Of a stretch of DNA of 64,000 nucleotides, positions 40,576-55,100 are shown piece after piece. A model generated the notes under the pieces. It was not told the origin of the DNA, searched no databases, and worked only from the letters and a program-made list of their open reading frames with translations. Position 1 is the stretch's first letter. Every line of letters begins with the position of its first letter. This DNA is from Eledone cirrhosa (taxonomy: Eukaryota), in assembly GCA_964016885.1 (NCBI GenBank), contig OZ024747.1, forward strand, positions 38,006,001-38,070,000. The letters are read 5' to 3'. The position numbers and the translations under genes were made by a program.

Positions 40576-41218
40576 TATGTGTGTGTTTGTGTAAATGTAT
40601 ACTTGTGAATGTATGTATGTTTGTGTAAATGTATATGTGTGAATGTATGTATGTTTGTGTATGTATGTTTGTGTAAATGTATATGTGTGAATGTATGTAT
40701 GTTTGTGTAAATGTATATGTGTGAATGTATGTATGTTTGTGTAAATGTATATGTGTGAATGTATGTATGTTTGTGTAAATGTATGCTTGTGAATGTATGT
40801 ATGTTTGTGTAAATGTATATGTGTGAATGTATGTATGTTTGTGTAAATGTATACGTGTGAATGTATGTATGTTTGTGTAAATATATATGTGTGAATGTAA
40901 GTATGTTTGTGTAAATATACATGTCTGAATGTAAGTATGTTTGTGTAAATATATATGTGTAAATGTATGTATGTTTCTGTAAATATATGTGTGAATGCAT
41001 ATGTATTTGTGTGAAAGTATGTGTGAATGTATGTATGTTTGTGTGAAAGTGTGTGTGAATGTATGTATATTTGTGTGAAAGTATGTGTGAATGTATGTAT
41101 GTTTGTGTAAATGTATATGTGTGAAAGTATGTGTGAATGTATGTATGTTTGTGTGAATGTATGTATGTTTGTTTGAATGTATGTATGTTTGTGTGAATGT
41201 ATGTATATTTGTGTGAAT
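40576..41218. repeat. ~34-bp minisatellite (GTGTAAATGTATATGTGTGAATGTATGTATGTTT)n, degenerating to ~20-bp units
   Basis: Directly visible tandem array. Confidence 0.9.
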
Positions 41219-41510
41219 TATGTCCATGAGAGTGTATTTTTATAAGTTTCGGTTTGCGTGATTATAGTTATATACTCATACATATAGATGTATGTATGTG
41301 CTCAATCATACGCGCCAGCGTGTAAAAAGTCATAATCTCTCCATCTCACGCAGTCTCTCTTTATTATATATATGGTAGTTGAAGTAGTGGTGGTGGAGAC
41401 GATATACAGGAAGTGCAACTTTGAAAATAGGTCAATTTGAATTTCTTTTTTTTTCGAAATTATTTTTGTTTACGAAATTGAGTAGATAAATTATGTAATA
41501 TTCATTCATT

Positions 41511-41695
41511 GGTGGATTGGCAGTATCGGTAGAGGGTCGGACGCCATGCTTTGACGCATAAAGTGACGGCCCTTGCCATTCTGAGTTCAAATACCGCTGA
41601 CGTTAACTTAGCCTTTCATCCTTATGGGGTCGATACAATAAAGTACCAGTAATACACTGGGTAATTGCTGGCCTTGTGCCAAAAGTATAAACAAT
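41511..41695 (+). mobile_element. tRNA-derived SINE inserted in a Helitron 5' segment
   Basis: Same family. Flanks TTCATTCATT|ATTTATTCAAAGTAATCC are contiguous in the paralogous segment at ~40362-40390. Confidence 0.88.
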
Positions 41696-41820
41696 TATTT
41701 ATTCAAAGTAATCCAAGTTATTTTACAAACTGGATAAAAAAAATAAACCGTACGCAATCGCGCAGACCTTCCTTTATTATAGTTTAGATATATATGTATT
41801 TATCTATTATTTATATATAT

Positions 41821-42211
41821 GTATGCAAATTGGGCTACTCAGCCGTTAATATGCATCAGATAAGTATATACGTTCAACAATCTGGCAGAAAGGTATACGT
41901 TGCTGACGATAGCTAATAAGCTTGAAACTAGTACAGCGTTCCTATGTCAGTGTTGAACAAACGAGCAACGATGGTTGCTAGACACTACGGCTTAATACAG
42001 GATGTTTGTTTACAAACACACCGAGCATTATAATAAATGTTCGGTGAATCCATACGTGCATATATATATATGTGTGCATGTATGTATATATATATATATA
42101 CATACTACTGTACGTATGTATACATATATGTATGTACGTGTACATACTTATATTTAAGTAACAGCCGTACTGAGAGTGGGAAATGAAATTTCGTTTCATT
42201 TTTTCCGTTTA
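41821..42211 (+). mobile_element. Family F-related subfamily (F2) HHR element
   Basis: Shares ATGCAAATT.G.CT, the HHR and the GAAATTTCGTTTC..TTTAT(AT)n end with family F. Flanked by duplicated ATATATGTATTTATCTATTATTT. Confidence 0.75.
41897..41939 (+). ncRNA. Type I HHR, subfamily F2
   Basis: ACGTTG-CTGACGA-TAGC TAATAA GCTT-GAAA-CTAG-TA-CAGCGT. Confidence 0.72.
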
Positions 42212-42430
42212 TATATATGTATTTATCTATTATTTCTTCATAGGTACATTTTAAACTTATAGCCTCGTTTAAATGATTTTTTATGTGGTTGATTATGTTG
42301 ATAGGGAGAATAATTACTGTATATATTTTATCAAATGATTCTATGGACTTACTTTCTTATATATTGCTCTGATTGTTGATTATTTAATTAATTAATTCGT
42401 CATTGAGCCACATCGTGAATGGTTGCCTAA

Positions 42431-42476
<46 letters not shown>

Positions 42477-43091
42477 TCTCTGTCTAGTTTATGTGTATGT
42501 AAACTTCTATATTTTATATACTCCCGTAAGGTTGAGTAAAGCTTTAGGCAGTATTCGGCTGCATTTTCTAGCAACCAGCCTACTCGTCGTCAGGCACCAA
42601 TCACAAGCTTTCTGACTTGAACACTGGCCATGTCACAGTTCTTAGCCATTTTGAATTCGTTTCTGTCGGGGATTATTTAAGAAAAATCTTTGTCCAATTG
42701 AGTTTGTCTCCTGATGATTTCGAAACTCGTTGATTTATCCATGATCGGATATTTCCAAAAAGCGAATGAAACTTCCGGGGGTAGAAATATGATTTTGGTA
42801 TGTTTATGTGCATTTTTTCTTCTAACTTTGATTTTGTGCCTAATTATGTATGCTTAACTATATGTCTAGTCAATTTCTACAGGCTATCAGAAATACTATG
42901 TAAATCTTTGGTGGCTGTGGATCGCGGATATAAATCTATCATTTATGTATCTATTATTTCTCCATAGCTACATTTTAAATTTATAGCCTCGTTTAAATGA
43001 TTGTTTATGTGGTTGATTTATGCTGATTGGGAGAAGAAATACTGTAAATATTTTATCAAATGATTCTATGGACTTACTTTCTTATATATAT

Positions 43092-43922
43092 ATACAAACA
43101 TAAACTATCGCATTTCGGCCCACGAAATAACGAAAAACAACCTCCGAGATGTGTGGCAAGTGCTCAATGATTCAGATGAACCAGAGTTATAACCAACGTT
43201 AAAGGCCAAACACACTGAGACGATGGTTAAACAATCATTCGCATAGCCAAAAAAAAAAAACGCTCAAGTAATTCGGGTAAACAAATAAAAAATATCTGTG
43301 ATTGAAAATTTACCCGGACCCCTGGAAGGTTGGTAAAATCCAGTATTTGGGTTTCTGCGGCTCCTAAATCAAGTACTGTCCGCTTACATAAATAATGTTA
43401 GGCTTCTGGTAAGATGATTGAACAAGGAAGCCACTTTCTCAACACGTTTTAGTTCAATGTTAATACAAGGACTGACTATTGCTGACCCCACGTGAGGATC
43501 GGCAAGGGAGGCAACCCCTATATCAGGCGAATGAATTCAGCTGTGTATATTTTTGCAAGAATGCAAAAACATCACAAATCGAATAGAGTTCTCAACAGAA
43601 GGGTTAAAATTAACATAAGCTATTCATCAGTCAATAGAATCAACTAAAAAAATCAAGAAAATTAACTGGTCAATAGCTAGAGTCTGGAGATTAATACAAA
43701 CATAAATTATCGAGAATCGCATTTCGGCTCACGAAATAACAAAAAACAACCTCCGAGGTGTGTGGCAAGTGTTCAATGATTCAGATGAACCAGAGCTATA
43801 ACAGACGTTAAAGGCCAAACACACTGAGTCGATGGTTAAACAATCATTCGCATAGCCAAAAAAAACGATCAAGTAATTCGGGTCAAACAAATAATAAATA
43901 TCTGTGATTGAAAATTTACCCG
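43092..43922 (+). repeat. ~230-bp direct repeat at ~605-bp spacing, bounded by TA repeats (partial-tandem element)
   Basis: 43092-43316 repeated at ~43695-43922. Confidence 0.8.
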
Positions 43923-43946
43923 TATATATATATATATATAAATATA

Positions 43947-44022
<76 letters not shown>

Positions 44023-44039
44023 TATAAATATATATATAT

Positions 44040-45094
<1,055 letters not shown>

Positions 45095-45113
45095 TATATA
45101 TATATATATGTGA

Positions 45114-45230
45114 AGGCGTGTGGCTGAGTGGTTAGAGAATTGGATTCGCAATCGTAAGGTTGTGAGTTCGATTCCTGGACCAGGCGATGCGTTATGTCCT
45201 TGAGCAAGACACTTTATTTCACGTTGCTCC
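45114..45230 (+). mobile_element. tRNA-derived CORE-like SINE, 3'-truncated
   Basis: TGGCTGAGTGG A-box, GAGTTCGATTC B-box, GTCCTTGAGCAAGACACTT core-like segment. Confidence 0.75.
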
Positions 45231-45439
45231 TTCTACCTGGAGTTGCGACCGATTTTAGGAAGCCGTAGCTATGCGAACACCGGGCGCCTAACGCCCTCTG
45301 GTGTTGTCCAGCAGAAGCAACGGGAACAACCGTCTATGCATTTCAGGCTTGACTGGCCATCGTCAGGACGATCCCTCCCTCTTCTCTGCGGCTGCTGGAC
45401 TTGACAACAGCCGTAAATGAGGTGATTAATCGCATTTGT

Positions 45440-45710
45440 ATATGGATAAAAGCTGGAGGGTCCTCTATCTGTGGAAGTGTTACCTTTCCTCCTAAGCAAC
45501 ACATACCAAGTGTAATATCCATGCTATCAATCACAACTTTCGGATCATTTCTATAATTCTTCGATGGATCACACGAAAACGCAGCTCTTAGCCATTTTAT
45601 TCTGCCTTGAAGAGTCGTGTGTGTGCTCGTCGAGTTTGCATCGTAACTTTCAGAAAGTTGTGATCGTCTTCCTTGATGTCGTAACCTTTCTATTTCCCGT
45701 CTCATATTCT
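45440..45710 (-). pseudogene. Helitron RepHel N-terminal remnant
   Basis: AAFSCDPSKNY..VIDSMDI..MCCLGGKVTLPQIEDPP, similar to SAFNCDPKHDY..IGAMSK..MCCGGEVVVLP at 56195-56650. Confidence 0.6.
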
Positions 45711-45894
45711 GATTAATAACATGGCACTGTCCTCAAAAAATTAATTAATATACAGCGTAGATTAATTTAAAATAGTACCAATTTTGTCTGTGTTATGTAA
45801 AATTAAAGCCTGGTATAAAACGACTTTATAAAAAAAATAAAATTAGAATTTTATTTCTCGCCCTAGCACAGATGATACGCAAATGTAAGTATGC

Positions 45895-46011
<117 letters not shown>

Positions 46012-46436
46012 TACATATACATATGTACGTATGGGTCATATTGAACATTAATAATAATGTTCGATTCGTTCGTAAACAAGTAGCCCGATTTGAAACTGTG
46101 CCGTGTCGGTAACTCATCGTCACCTGTTTGTTGAAAAATGGATTTGTGGAACAATCAACATGTTTCTGGGATCATTAACCTTCATCAAGACTGTATTCCT
46201 CTGACAGTCTGTTGAGAAGTTGAAAATATATAATATTTTCTCAAGTTTACATCAGCTCATTAGCCTCATTTCGATACTGAGCAACATTTGTCTGGCCTTG
46301 CCGAATATTAAAAATAAATTTAGAATTTTATTTATCACCCTAGCACAGCTGATACATAAATGTAAGTATGCTCACGCCCCCACCCCCACCCACCACACCC
46401 ACACCCATAAACACACACATACATATATATATATGA

Positions 46437-46817
46437 CACTAACATCACAACTTGAGAGGAGATTGGATGGCACATATACCCGCCTCTTAATGTGAGTGCA
46501 AAACCTATCCTGGAAACGACATCCCACCTTGTCTAAAATCTATGGCAAACTCCCTCGAGCCTCTGCCCTTCTAAAATCCCGGAGAACTCAATTTGCTGGC
46601 CACTATCTCCGTGACAGCAATAAAATGATACCCGCTCTCTTGCTCTGGAACCCTGACTCCAGCCTGACTAGGAGTAGGAAGCTGTCATTCCCTGACGTTA
46701 TCGCTAGGGATACGGGAATCAGCAGACAGGACCTGGGGGCAGCGATGGGGGACAGGGGATTCTGGGGCATGAGAGTGAGATCCATCATCTCGACAGTAGT
46801 CGACGAGTGATGATGAT
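46437..46817 (+). mobile_element. RTE-type LINE 3' fragment
   Basis: LERRLDGTYTRLLM*VQNLSWKRHPT..RRTQFAGH..LLLW; (TGA)n tail into TA. Confidence 0.75.
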
Positions 46818-49530
46818 ATATATATATATATATACATACATACATACATACATACACATATATACATTTGCGTATGTACGCTTTATAAAGGCTAACGCAG
46901 TATCGTTAAACATTCAACTGATACTTTGATGTTTAAACTGATTCTAGACTGTTGTGGGACGTCTCTCTCTCTTTAGATGTGTGTGTGTGTGTGTGTGCGT
47001 GTCCGTCCGTTATGTCAGTCGTCACAGAAATGTATATATTCTCACATACACATACACTCTCACATAGACAGACTCACATACATATACTTGTCAGTCAGCA
47101 CATATGTATATGTAGATGTAGATGTGTGTGTGTGTGTTTAATTCTCGCTGTGTGAAGATGTGTATGCAACTTACTAAGGCCTAACGCACGTAACGAACGC
47201 GACACATACTCACTCATATACAAAATGTGACGTCATCGTCGTCGTCGTGGTGTTATAAAATATCGTTTACTATAATTGACTACTATAGAAAGCTTATTTT
47301 AGATAAACTGTTATATTGTTTTAATCCAAATGAAAATAGAAGTTACATGTTGTTAATCCCAGGGCCTAATACCTTGTAAAATTTGATTTGATTTGGTCGA
47401 GCCGTTTGGGAATGCATAAAGAAACAGAGAGGCAAATAATTTTATGTATATAGAGATTATATTATATTATATTATATTGACCAGCACTAGGATGGTGTTC
47501 ATTTTAAGAGACATACCACAATTGAAATGTCTATTCTGTCATTGTCATTTCCACTTAGCTTATATGCCGGTTGTTATTTTTCAAATGTAACTTCTCGTAC
47601 TGACACACTATTGCTTTATTGCTTCTCTTTCATTCTTCCATATTTTGTCTTTCCTTCCTCTCCAGCTTTCTATTTCTCTCACACTGTCTCCTAATTAACC
47701 TTAACTGCTAATCAGCTTGTCTTGCTTATCTATTGGTATCTTTTGCATCTCGAATTAGATACTCAGTTTTCATATACACAAATCATTTGCATTGCTAATC
47801 TTAAAATTGCGTTCCTATTCAAAGTTACATTTCTTCACTTTCTCTGTGACTTAAAAAAGGTTTTGATGTTTATAAATAATGCTCCCCATTACTATTACTG
47901 TAAAGGTATCCTATACTTGTAGTACCCTTTAATGCCAAATGCAAGCCTGCGTTATGTAGTCAATGTTAATGTAGCATGCTCATGTGATCGAGACCCCATA
48001 ACTTTTTTTCTTTATGCCCTTACTCTGTCTTCAGAATTCCGAAGGCTATGATGAGTACAGATCTAATATAATATCTGCTTGAACCTGTCGATTTATTTAT
48101 TATTATTTCTTTAATGTTGCATGAATTGCCCTTAGCCTGTTCTAAAGAAGTGAACGTATGGCTTTTCCCCCGGGCACTCAGTTTACATACGTTATAACAA
48201 TGATCTTATTCTCGTGATTGGTCTAATTCTTAACATACCGAGTTCTTCACATTTCAAAAAAATGCTTTTTCAATTACTGAATTTCAATGGCAAAATAAAG
48301 GGGGATAAGATTTATTTATTCAAATCTAAAGTTCGCCAATTAGCATTTTCCTATTTCCTTCGTCAGACGACACCTGATAACTGCAGTGGGGTTTGGGACA
48401 AACTATATGACAATAAATATGCTATAAAACTGAAATATGCAATAAACATGAAAACGCAAAAGAAAATGCCAGAACGAAGCATATTTGAATGGTAGATTTT
48501 CTTTGGGAAGTAGATTAGCGTTGATGTTTGTTGAACACACTCAAGGTTTCTGATAAATTACGATTCGCTGAAGCGACAACAGAACCCGATAAATAACGGC
48601 ACCATCTGCATCTCTTATCACATACATCAACTAATAGGAAGGCCACGTATATAACAAAAGTATAATTTCAAATGATCATTAATCTACTACCTCATTTATC
48701 AGCCTCTGGTTATAGAAAGTATTAGATGTATTCACCGTTTCTACCCCCCCCCCCCACACACACACTCACGCATACAAAGAAACTACCATTCCTCCTCCTC
48801 ATGATTGCATCAGACTGTTGTGATTTTTAATTATTAGAGCTTATCTTCGGCTTTTAAATCGTTTAATGTATTTTTGTTTATCAATTTTTCAAGTAGATTA
48901 TTCCACCTATTGATATTTCCTACCACTTAACCAACTGAAAAACTGCATCTTAATTTCCCTCGTATCACACCCGATTATCCTAATATTAGAAAGGACATAT
49001 TCAATAATATCGTCCAATATACACAAAACAAAAGTGGTCTTTTATTACGCCTTCTCAATCACGCGCACACACACACCCAAAAAAATAAATAAAATAAAAC
49101 AAAAAAATATATAAAATAAATAAACGAAAATAATTATCCCGTAAGGAAAAAATAATAATTATAGCACACATTGGCAATGTAACCTTATTGCATGAGATAC
49201 TGTCGGATGGAGTAGCCTGACTGGTTGCGTGATGGAAGAATCACGTAACCATGGACGCCATTGAGATATGTATTACAGCTTTATGAATAAAGGAATTGTA
49301 AACATCTACATCGGACCTCCGCAATTACCTTTATTGTACATATACCCCGTCACGGACTAACAAATTATATTTGGAAGAAAAAAAAAAGTTGAATGCTTAA
49401 ATAGAATGACATCATTCTTTGCTGGTGTGTTGCACACACAAGACTGATAACTCTACATGTAATTTGGACCTTGACCTTCACCTTTGCCCTGAAGACTCCC
49501 CCAAATCCTGACCAACCACAGTCCACCAAT

Positions 49531-49588
<58 letters not shown>

Positions 49589-49997
49589 AAGAAAGTGTGG
49601 TAAGGAACCAGGTGGACCATAACGAACCAAAGTACTCGATACTTGGTACAGTAGAGTGGGTAATAGGAAAAGAGTCAGGACCCCGTGTTGGGTTAGTTCG
49701 GATCTAGCCGTCGAAACGGCCGGAGCTCAGCCGTCGGGGTTCTGACTCTTTTCCTATATACATAAATATATATATATATACATGTGGAAAGCAAACGATT
49801 TTAGGAGAGAGTCGGATTTGAGTGTAACTAAACAAGTTATTTTACATTTTCAAATCATCCGCAGACATTATATAAAATTCCATAATTACATTGCTTTTAG
49901 TTAATTAAAGCCGCAAGCTATTAAGCTAATTGTAAATTTAAGTTAGTGAAAGAAGACGTAGACACGTGTGTGAATTTATATATTTCACTTCATAGCT

Positions 49998-50113
49998 CCG
50001 TGGTTTCCGGTACAATCCCACGCCATAATATCTTGGACAAATGTCTTGTAACGTAGTCCCAGGTTGTCCAATGCCAAGTGAATGCAATTTGGTAGACAGA
50101 AACGGAAAAAGTC
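49998..50113 (+). mobile_element. Degenerate SINE of a third family
   Basis: TTGGACAAATGTCTT...TTTGGTAGACAGAAACGGAAAAAG ending in (TA)n; recognised by resemblance to octopus SINEs. Confidence 0.4.
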
Positions 50114-50160
<47 letters not shown>

Positions 50161-51136
50161 TACAACAATTTAATTTACTCGTCTAATGAGATAGGATCTT
50201 CTTTATGATGGTGATGCATGGTTTAACGAGGAATTGGCTGGTATTCCTAGTAGATTGTTGAATAGGCTCCTGCCAGGTTTTCACAAAGCCTCAATTCCTA
50301 CATAGTGTAAGAAAAGATAATACGTGATTTTCCTACCATTCTCATTAGTTAGACGAGTAAAATAGGGTGACATGCTCAGATTATGTTGAAGACCCGAAAC
50401 CTTAATGCTTTTTTTATTTCCCAATGTCTTCTACCATTTTATTTGATATTTATTTTATAATTGATGAAGCAGCTTGTCAATTACAATATTTCTTGATATA
50501 CATGTAGATAAGTAAACATTGTTAAATGAAGCCCCTTTGAGAAGTATAAATGATTACTGACGAAAAGATTATAAAAATATAAGGAGAGAACAAAGCCACG
50601 ATAAAGCTACAGTAGTAAGATGCATCATTCTATGTATTAAGATCAAATCTTGACAGCGTCATCTTTTCTCACACTTGAATGAATAACATATTATTTTTAC
50701 AGTTTAGTCAGGGAGGGTAGGGCGTTGGTGAGTGGTGGGCAGGAGAGGAACGTGTCCTCAATAAAGAGACCTGCTCTAAATGTTTGCAACAGTGTGCACT
50801 TCGCCAAAGACTCCCAAGGTCGAGGTGGAAGTGATGAACCGAGTGACCGGTTACGTCTACCATACTAAATATACATCAATAATATACACTGAAATTGATT
50901 TAATTGATTATACCTTTAATCAACGAAAACTGACCTTGTATCTTGTCAAAATAAGTCATTGTTTACTTTCATTCTTCTTTCTCCACCATTATGTCGTTTA
51001 TTATTCAAGAATGTTTCTGCATTCAAGATTTTCATAGACGATCGATTCTTTATTTAGTCAATTGATATTTTCTATGGAAATCTATTTTTTCTTATCTGTT
51101 ATCTTTCTAGTTGCATGAATCATTACTGCGTTGAGC

Positions 51137-51197
<61 letters not shown>

Positions 51198-51261
51198 ATG
51201 TGTGTGTATGTGTGTGTATATATATATATATATATATACACGGACACATTCACACGCACAC

Positions 51262-51311
<50 letters not shown>

Positions 51312-52180
51312 GCATATGTATTAGTGTGTGTTTGTGTGTTGTTAATAGGTCTACTTCTTTTACGAAGTATTTCGTTCCTTCTTTACAAGAAGTATGGAAG
51401 TAGCACTATTTTTAAAACTATATATTGTCCATCCCAATTGTTATATATCTCTAATTATCAAAAGAAGACCTTTGGTTATTTATATCTTAATACATTTGTC
51501 TTTTTACTTTTTATTTGCTACTCTCTATATTTTTTCCCGGCGCTATTTAAGAGGTTTTATACTGGTTTTCGCATATTCCCCACATGTCACGTCTTCTTAA
51601 GTTACTTTTATTTGCATTTTGTTTCTAAAAGAAATCTTTCCTTTTTTCAAAATTTCTTTTAACGGTGAGAATATATCTTCGCTATTTATTTTTACAGCTA
51701 TTGCCTGCATTAAAATTGATCCATTTACTAATCCCCAGGATTCATTGCACTAATGCTAAAATCAAGTTTATGTTGAGTTAATGGAAATAAAGACGTTTTA
51801 CTCTTAGATAGAACAACTATTCCTTCTAGGTAAATTTCTTAAAAATTATGGTATCTAAATTGATATCTATGTGAACAGTAGCCGATAGAATAATCGCAGT
51901 GGATGTCCTATTGTCCAGCACCATATATATTGAAGCACTTTACCTTCGGCTGCTTAGCTCCAGTTATATAATATCTTAATACATTAATTTAACAAAGTGT
52001 AAGAATGATGTAACTTGGTGAGGTCACTGGACTAATACTATCGCCAGGGTCAAATATGGTTCCAATCAGGCCGGCTTCGATAATATATCATTAATATTCA
52101 GAAGTGTATACTTCATTCCCCCCATTTATAAGCTCTTCACACATGTGTTGAATATATGTTTTTATGTATGTATATTAATA

Positions 52181-55100
52181 CTAGCAGAGCCACCCGGTGT
52201 TACCCGGGATTGAAATTGTTTCGTATATATTAGAACAAAAAAGCAAAATATGTTGTATAGAAATTTATTATTCTGAATTCAATTTTTTCTTCAATTGTGA
52301 TGCATGATGAAATCAATTCTGAATTCTTAATACGAAAAAAAAAAAAATTAATAAAAATAAGAATAATAATAAAAACTGAAATACAAAATTTTCCACTTTT
52401 ATGAAGGGAGATAAATTCTGTCACATATGTTGAAGGACATTACATAAGAGCGTCCGGGTAAACAACATTCGTTGTTTTCTGGTTTGGAGCATAGACAAAT
52501 AAGTCTTGTAAACTACCCACACTGGAGCAACCAACACAAAGTTGACCATGAAAAAAGCAAGGCTCAATTAAGTGCAAGCCAGTAGATTTCAAAGCCTAAC
52601 CTTGAGCTTTATTAATAGACATTGCGAAGGAAAGGCGCACTGGGAATTGTGTTTGTTTGAACTCAAATGGCATGTCTGTTGGTTTGACTGGAATTCTTTG
52701 AATGAAAACCTCTTTCCCAGAGGCACATCCAGTGATGATGGTAGCTTCATTATCACATTATCACATTAGGAGATAATGTCTTCACAAACAACCATGTCCC
52801 ATTGCATAATTTAGGAGGATCTAAATTTCTTAGAAGCATTATTGGGACTCCTACCTTCAGAAATATTTATGTGGAGGAGTTCCAGGGCGCTCAAAGGAAT
52901 TAAGGAACTCTGCTGGCTAGTGGACAGCTTGATTTTCATCAAGGACTAAATCAACTGATTTGTACTCCTCAATGACTGTTCGAATCATTAATTCATTCAT
53001 TAATTCATGGTTAATCCTTACCACTATCTCATTTTCTTTCAGCAAGAATTGCCCTTTCTTACAAACATTTATGTGAATTATAATTATTACTTAAGTCTGG
53101 AAACACTCTGTTCTTCAATTCAGCTGGGGAATTCACCATGGTAGCAATATGAGCCAAATTGATATCACCATTCCCATCGATTGTTACTTTCCCATTTGCT
53201 AATTGGAAAACTGTTCTGCACATTGGTCCCCATGTAATAAAGCTCTCATGTTTTATATAGAAGGAGAATGTCTGTACTTTATTCCATAGGTGCAAAGACT
53301 TAATGCATGCTTTTATTTCATCAGGTCTTGTTCCTCTCGGAATAACTGTTAATGCCTGTCTGAAGTCTCCTGATTAAACTAATGTAACTCCTCCCATATA
53401 TTTATTGTTACCCTTTATGTCCTGTAAAGTATTATCAAGAGCTTCCATTGCTCCTCTATGTTACATGGTGCATTCATCTCTAATGATCAGATGGCATTGG
53501 CGCAACACTTATGTTGAATCTGAATCTTTGCTTGTTATAAATTGGATTGTCATTTCTGACCATGTTTAGCGGTAATTTAAAAGCAGAATGAGCTGTTTGT
53601 CCTCCTAGGAGTAGGGTGGCAGCAATGCCAGACGATTCTACAGCAAGTGCAATTCGTTTTCGTTACCTCACCCAGGATAGAGGCAATGTTGTTACAAATG
53701 TTTTACCTGTGCCACCAGGAGCATCAAGAAAAAAAATTCCTCCACTTTTTTCTGTTTGACGAAATAATTTTATCATATGCACAGTGTTGTTCTGGAAGAA
53801 GTTTGGGTTCATGTTCATTCACAAATGCATCCAACTCTGTGATGTCATAATTTTTCTCTTGCTTTGTCTCTTGAAGTTAAAGCACAAAATTGACGGTTTG
53901 TTTTTGGCAGTCCAGAACCCTTGGCCAAAACTTGATCCTCAATATCAATTAGTGCTCGGTTTAAAAATGTTTCAGAGAACTGAATATTGATATCTGAGTT
54001 TGCCTGTTGAATTGCATACTTTAAGTCTTCAGATATGTCCTCACGATGTTTCATCCAAAGCTGTAGGGGACTGCCAAGCTGACACATTTTCAGTATAATT
54101 GCAAAAAGGTTCCGGAATTTCCTTGGAGAATCTGACACTGATGCTACAGTCAATGTAAGGTCCGAATGCTCATCATTTCCTAAAAAACCTTGTTGATAGT
54201 ATGCTTCCCTATAAGTTTCAGACACATGACAATTTACCCTCCTCAAATCTTGGAATGATTTGGTATCACGTACTTCATGCAAAAGGAGCCGTAATTATTA
54301 GCATTCTGCTTGGCTTGGGTGGACACTCTAAACTCTTGCAAGAGCGTCAGTCTCACGTTTCCTATCGTGCCATTTATTGTTTTTCCAAGTGGATAATTCT
54401 AAGTAAAAGAGTCTTCTTGACACAACTTAAGGCAGTAAGGGTAGTTTCTTTTGGAGAAAGTGCTTGTTGCAACGCTGTTTGTTTTGCAAAGAGAATCCTT
54501 CGGCCATTCTCTAGGTAGACACCCAGATGAATGACGGCGCCAAAATATTTTGAATATGCGCCAAAAAGCCTACTGATGTATCAACTACTACTGATGTATC
54601 TTTCTCTCACATACTGTACAACTTCGTCATTTTTAATTATCTGCTGATTGCCATTCTGCATAAGAGTGTATGTTGCAGCATCTAAACCTTTCTTTATATA
54701 TTTGCAAACATACTTAATATACTTAACAGGGTTGCAGAAATCAACATTGATATGGGCTTTGGAATGTTTTTGTAAGAACAGGACAGTAGGGTACAATCCA
54801 CCGATTGTTAATGATGAATTATTGCCCATTTCTCTTTTTTTCTTCGAAGGGAATCCACCATGCCCAGGTTTTCTCCTGTAAAAAGGGGTAGCAACCTTCT
54901 CCAGTTCGGGTTTCATGTTCAGAGGGACGTGGGTAGTTCTTGGTACATCCCTAATGCGTGGGGAGGATGGATTAATTGAACCACAGGGACCATGATTGAT
55001 CTTGGACTTGACAATTTCATGCAGCAAAGGATTGCTGTGGATCAGGAAGTTTAGCTGAGAAAAATAAATAAAAATCATTTGGCGGAAGTTTTTATGTAAC

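Larger units (their letters stand above)
39993..41788 (-). mobile_element. Non-autonomous, possibly composite Helitron
   Basis: 3' hairpin CCACCC-GAA-GGGTGG + CTAG|T at 39993. Two homologous 5'-type ends, A|TCTTAACTATAATAAAG (40468) and A|TCTAAACTATAATAAAG (41788). Confidence 0.65.

Noticed and set aside
40535-41227. 230-aa His/Thr-rich ORF
   Set aside because: Translation of the 34-bp minisatellite.
45114-45185. tRNA gene
   Set aside because: Has A/B boxes but no proper acceptor stem and continues into a CORE-like SINE body.
47300-52150. Possible host exons or transposase remnants in the less repetitive stretch
   Set aside because: No recognisable domain or credible exon chain by eye; a Helitron-like 5' end near 47457 (minus) is too uncertain to list.
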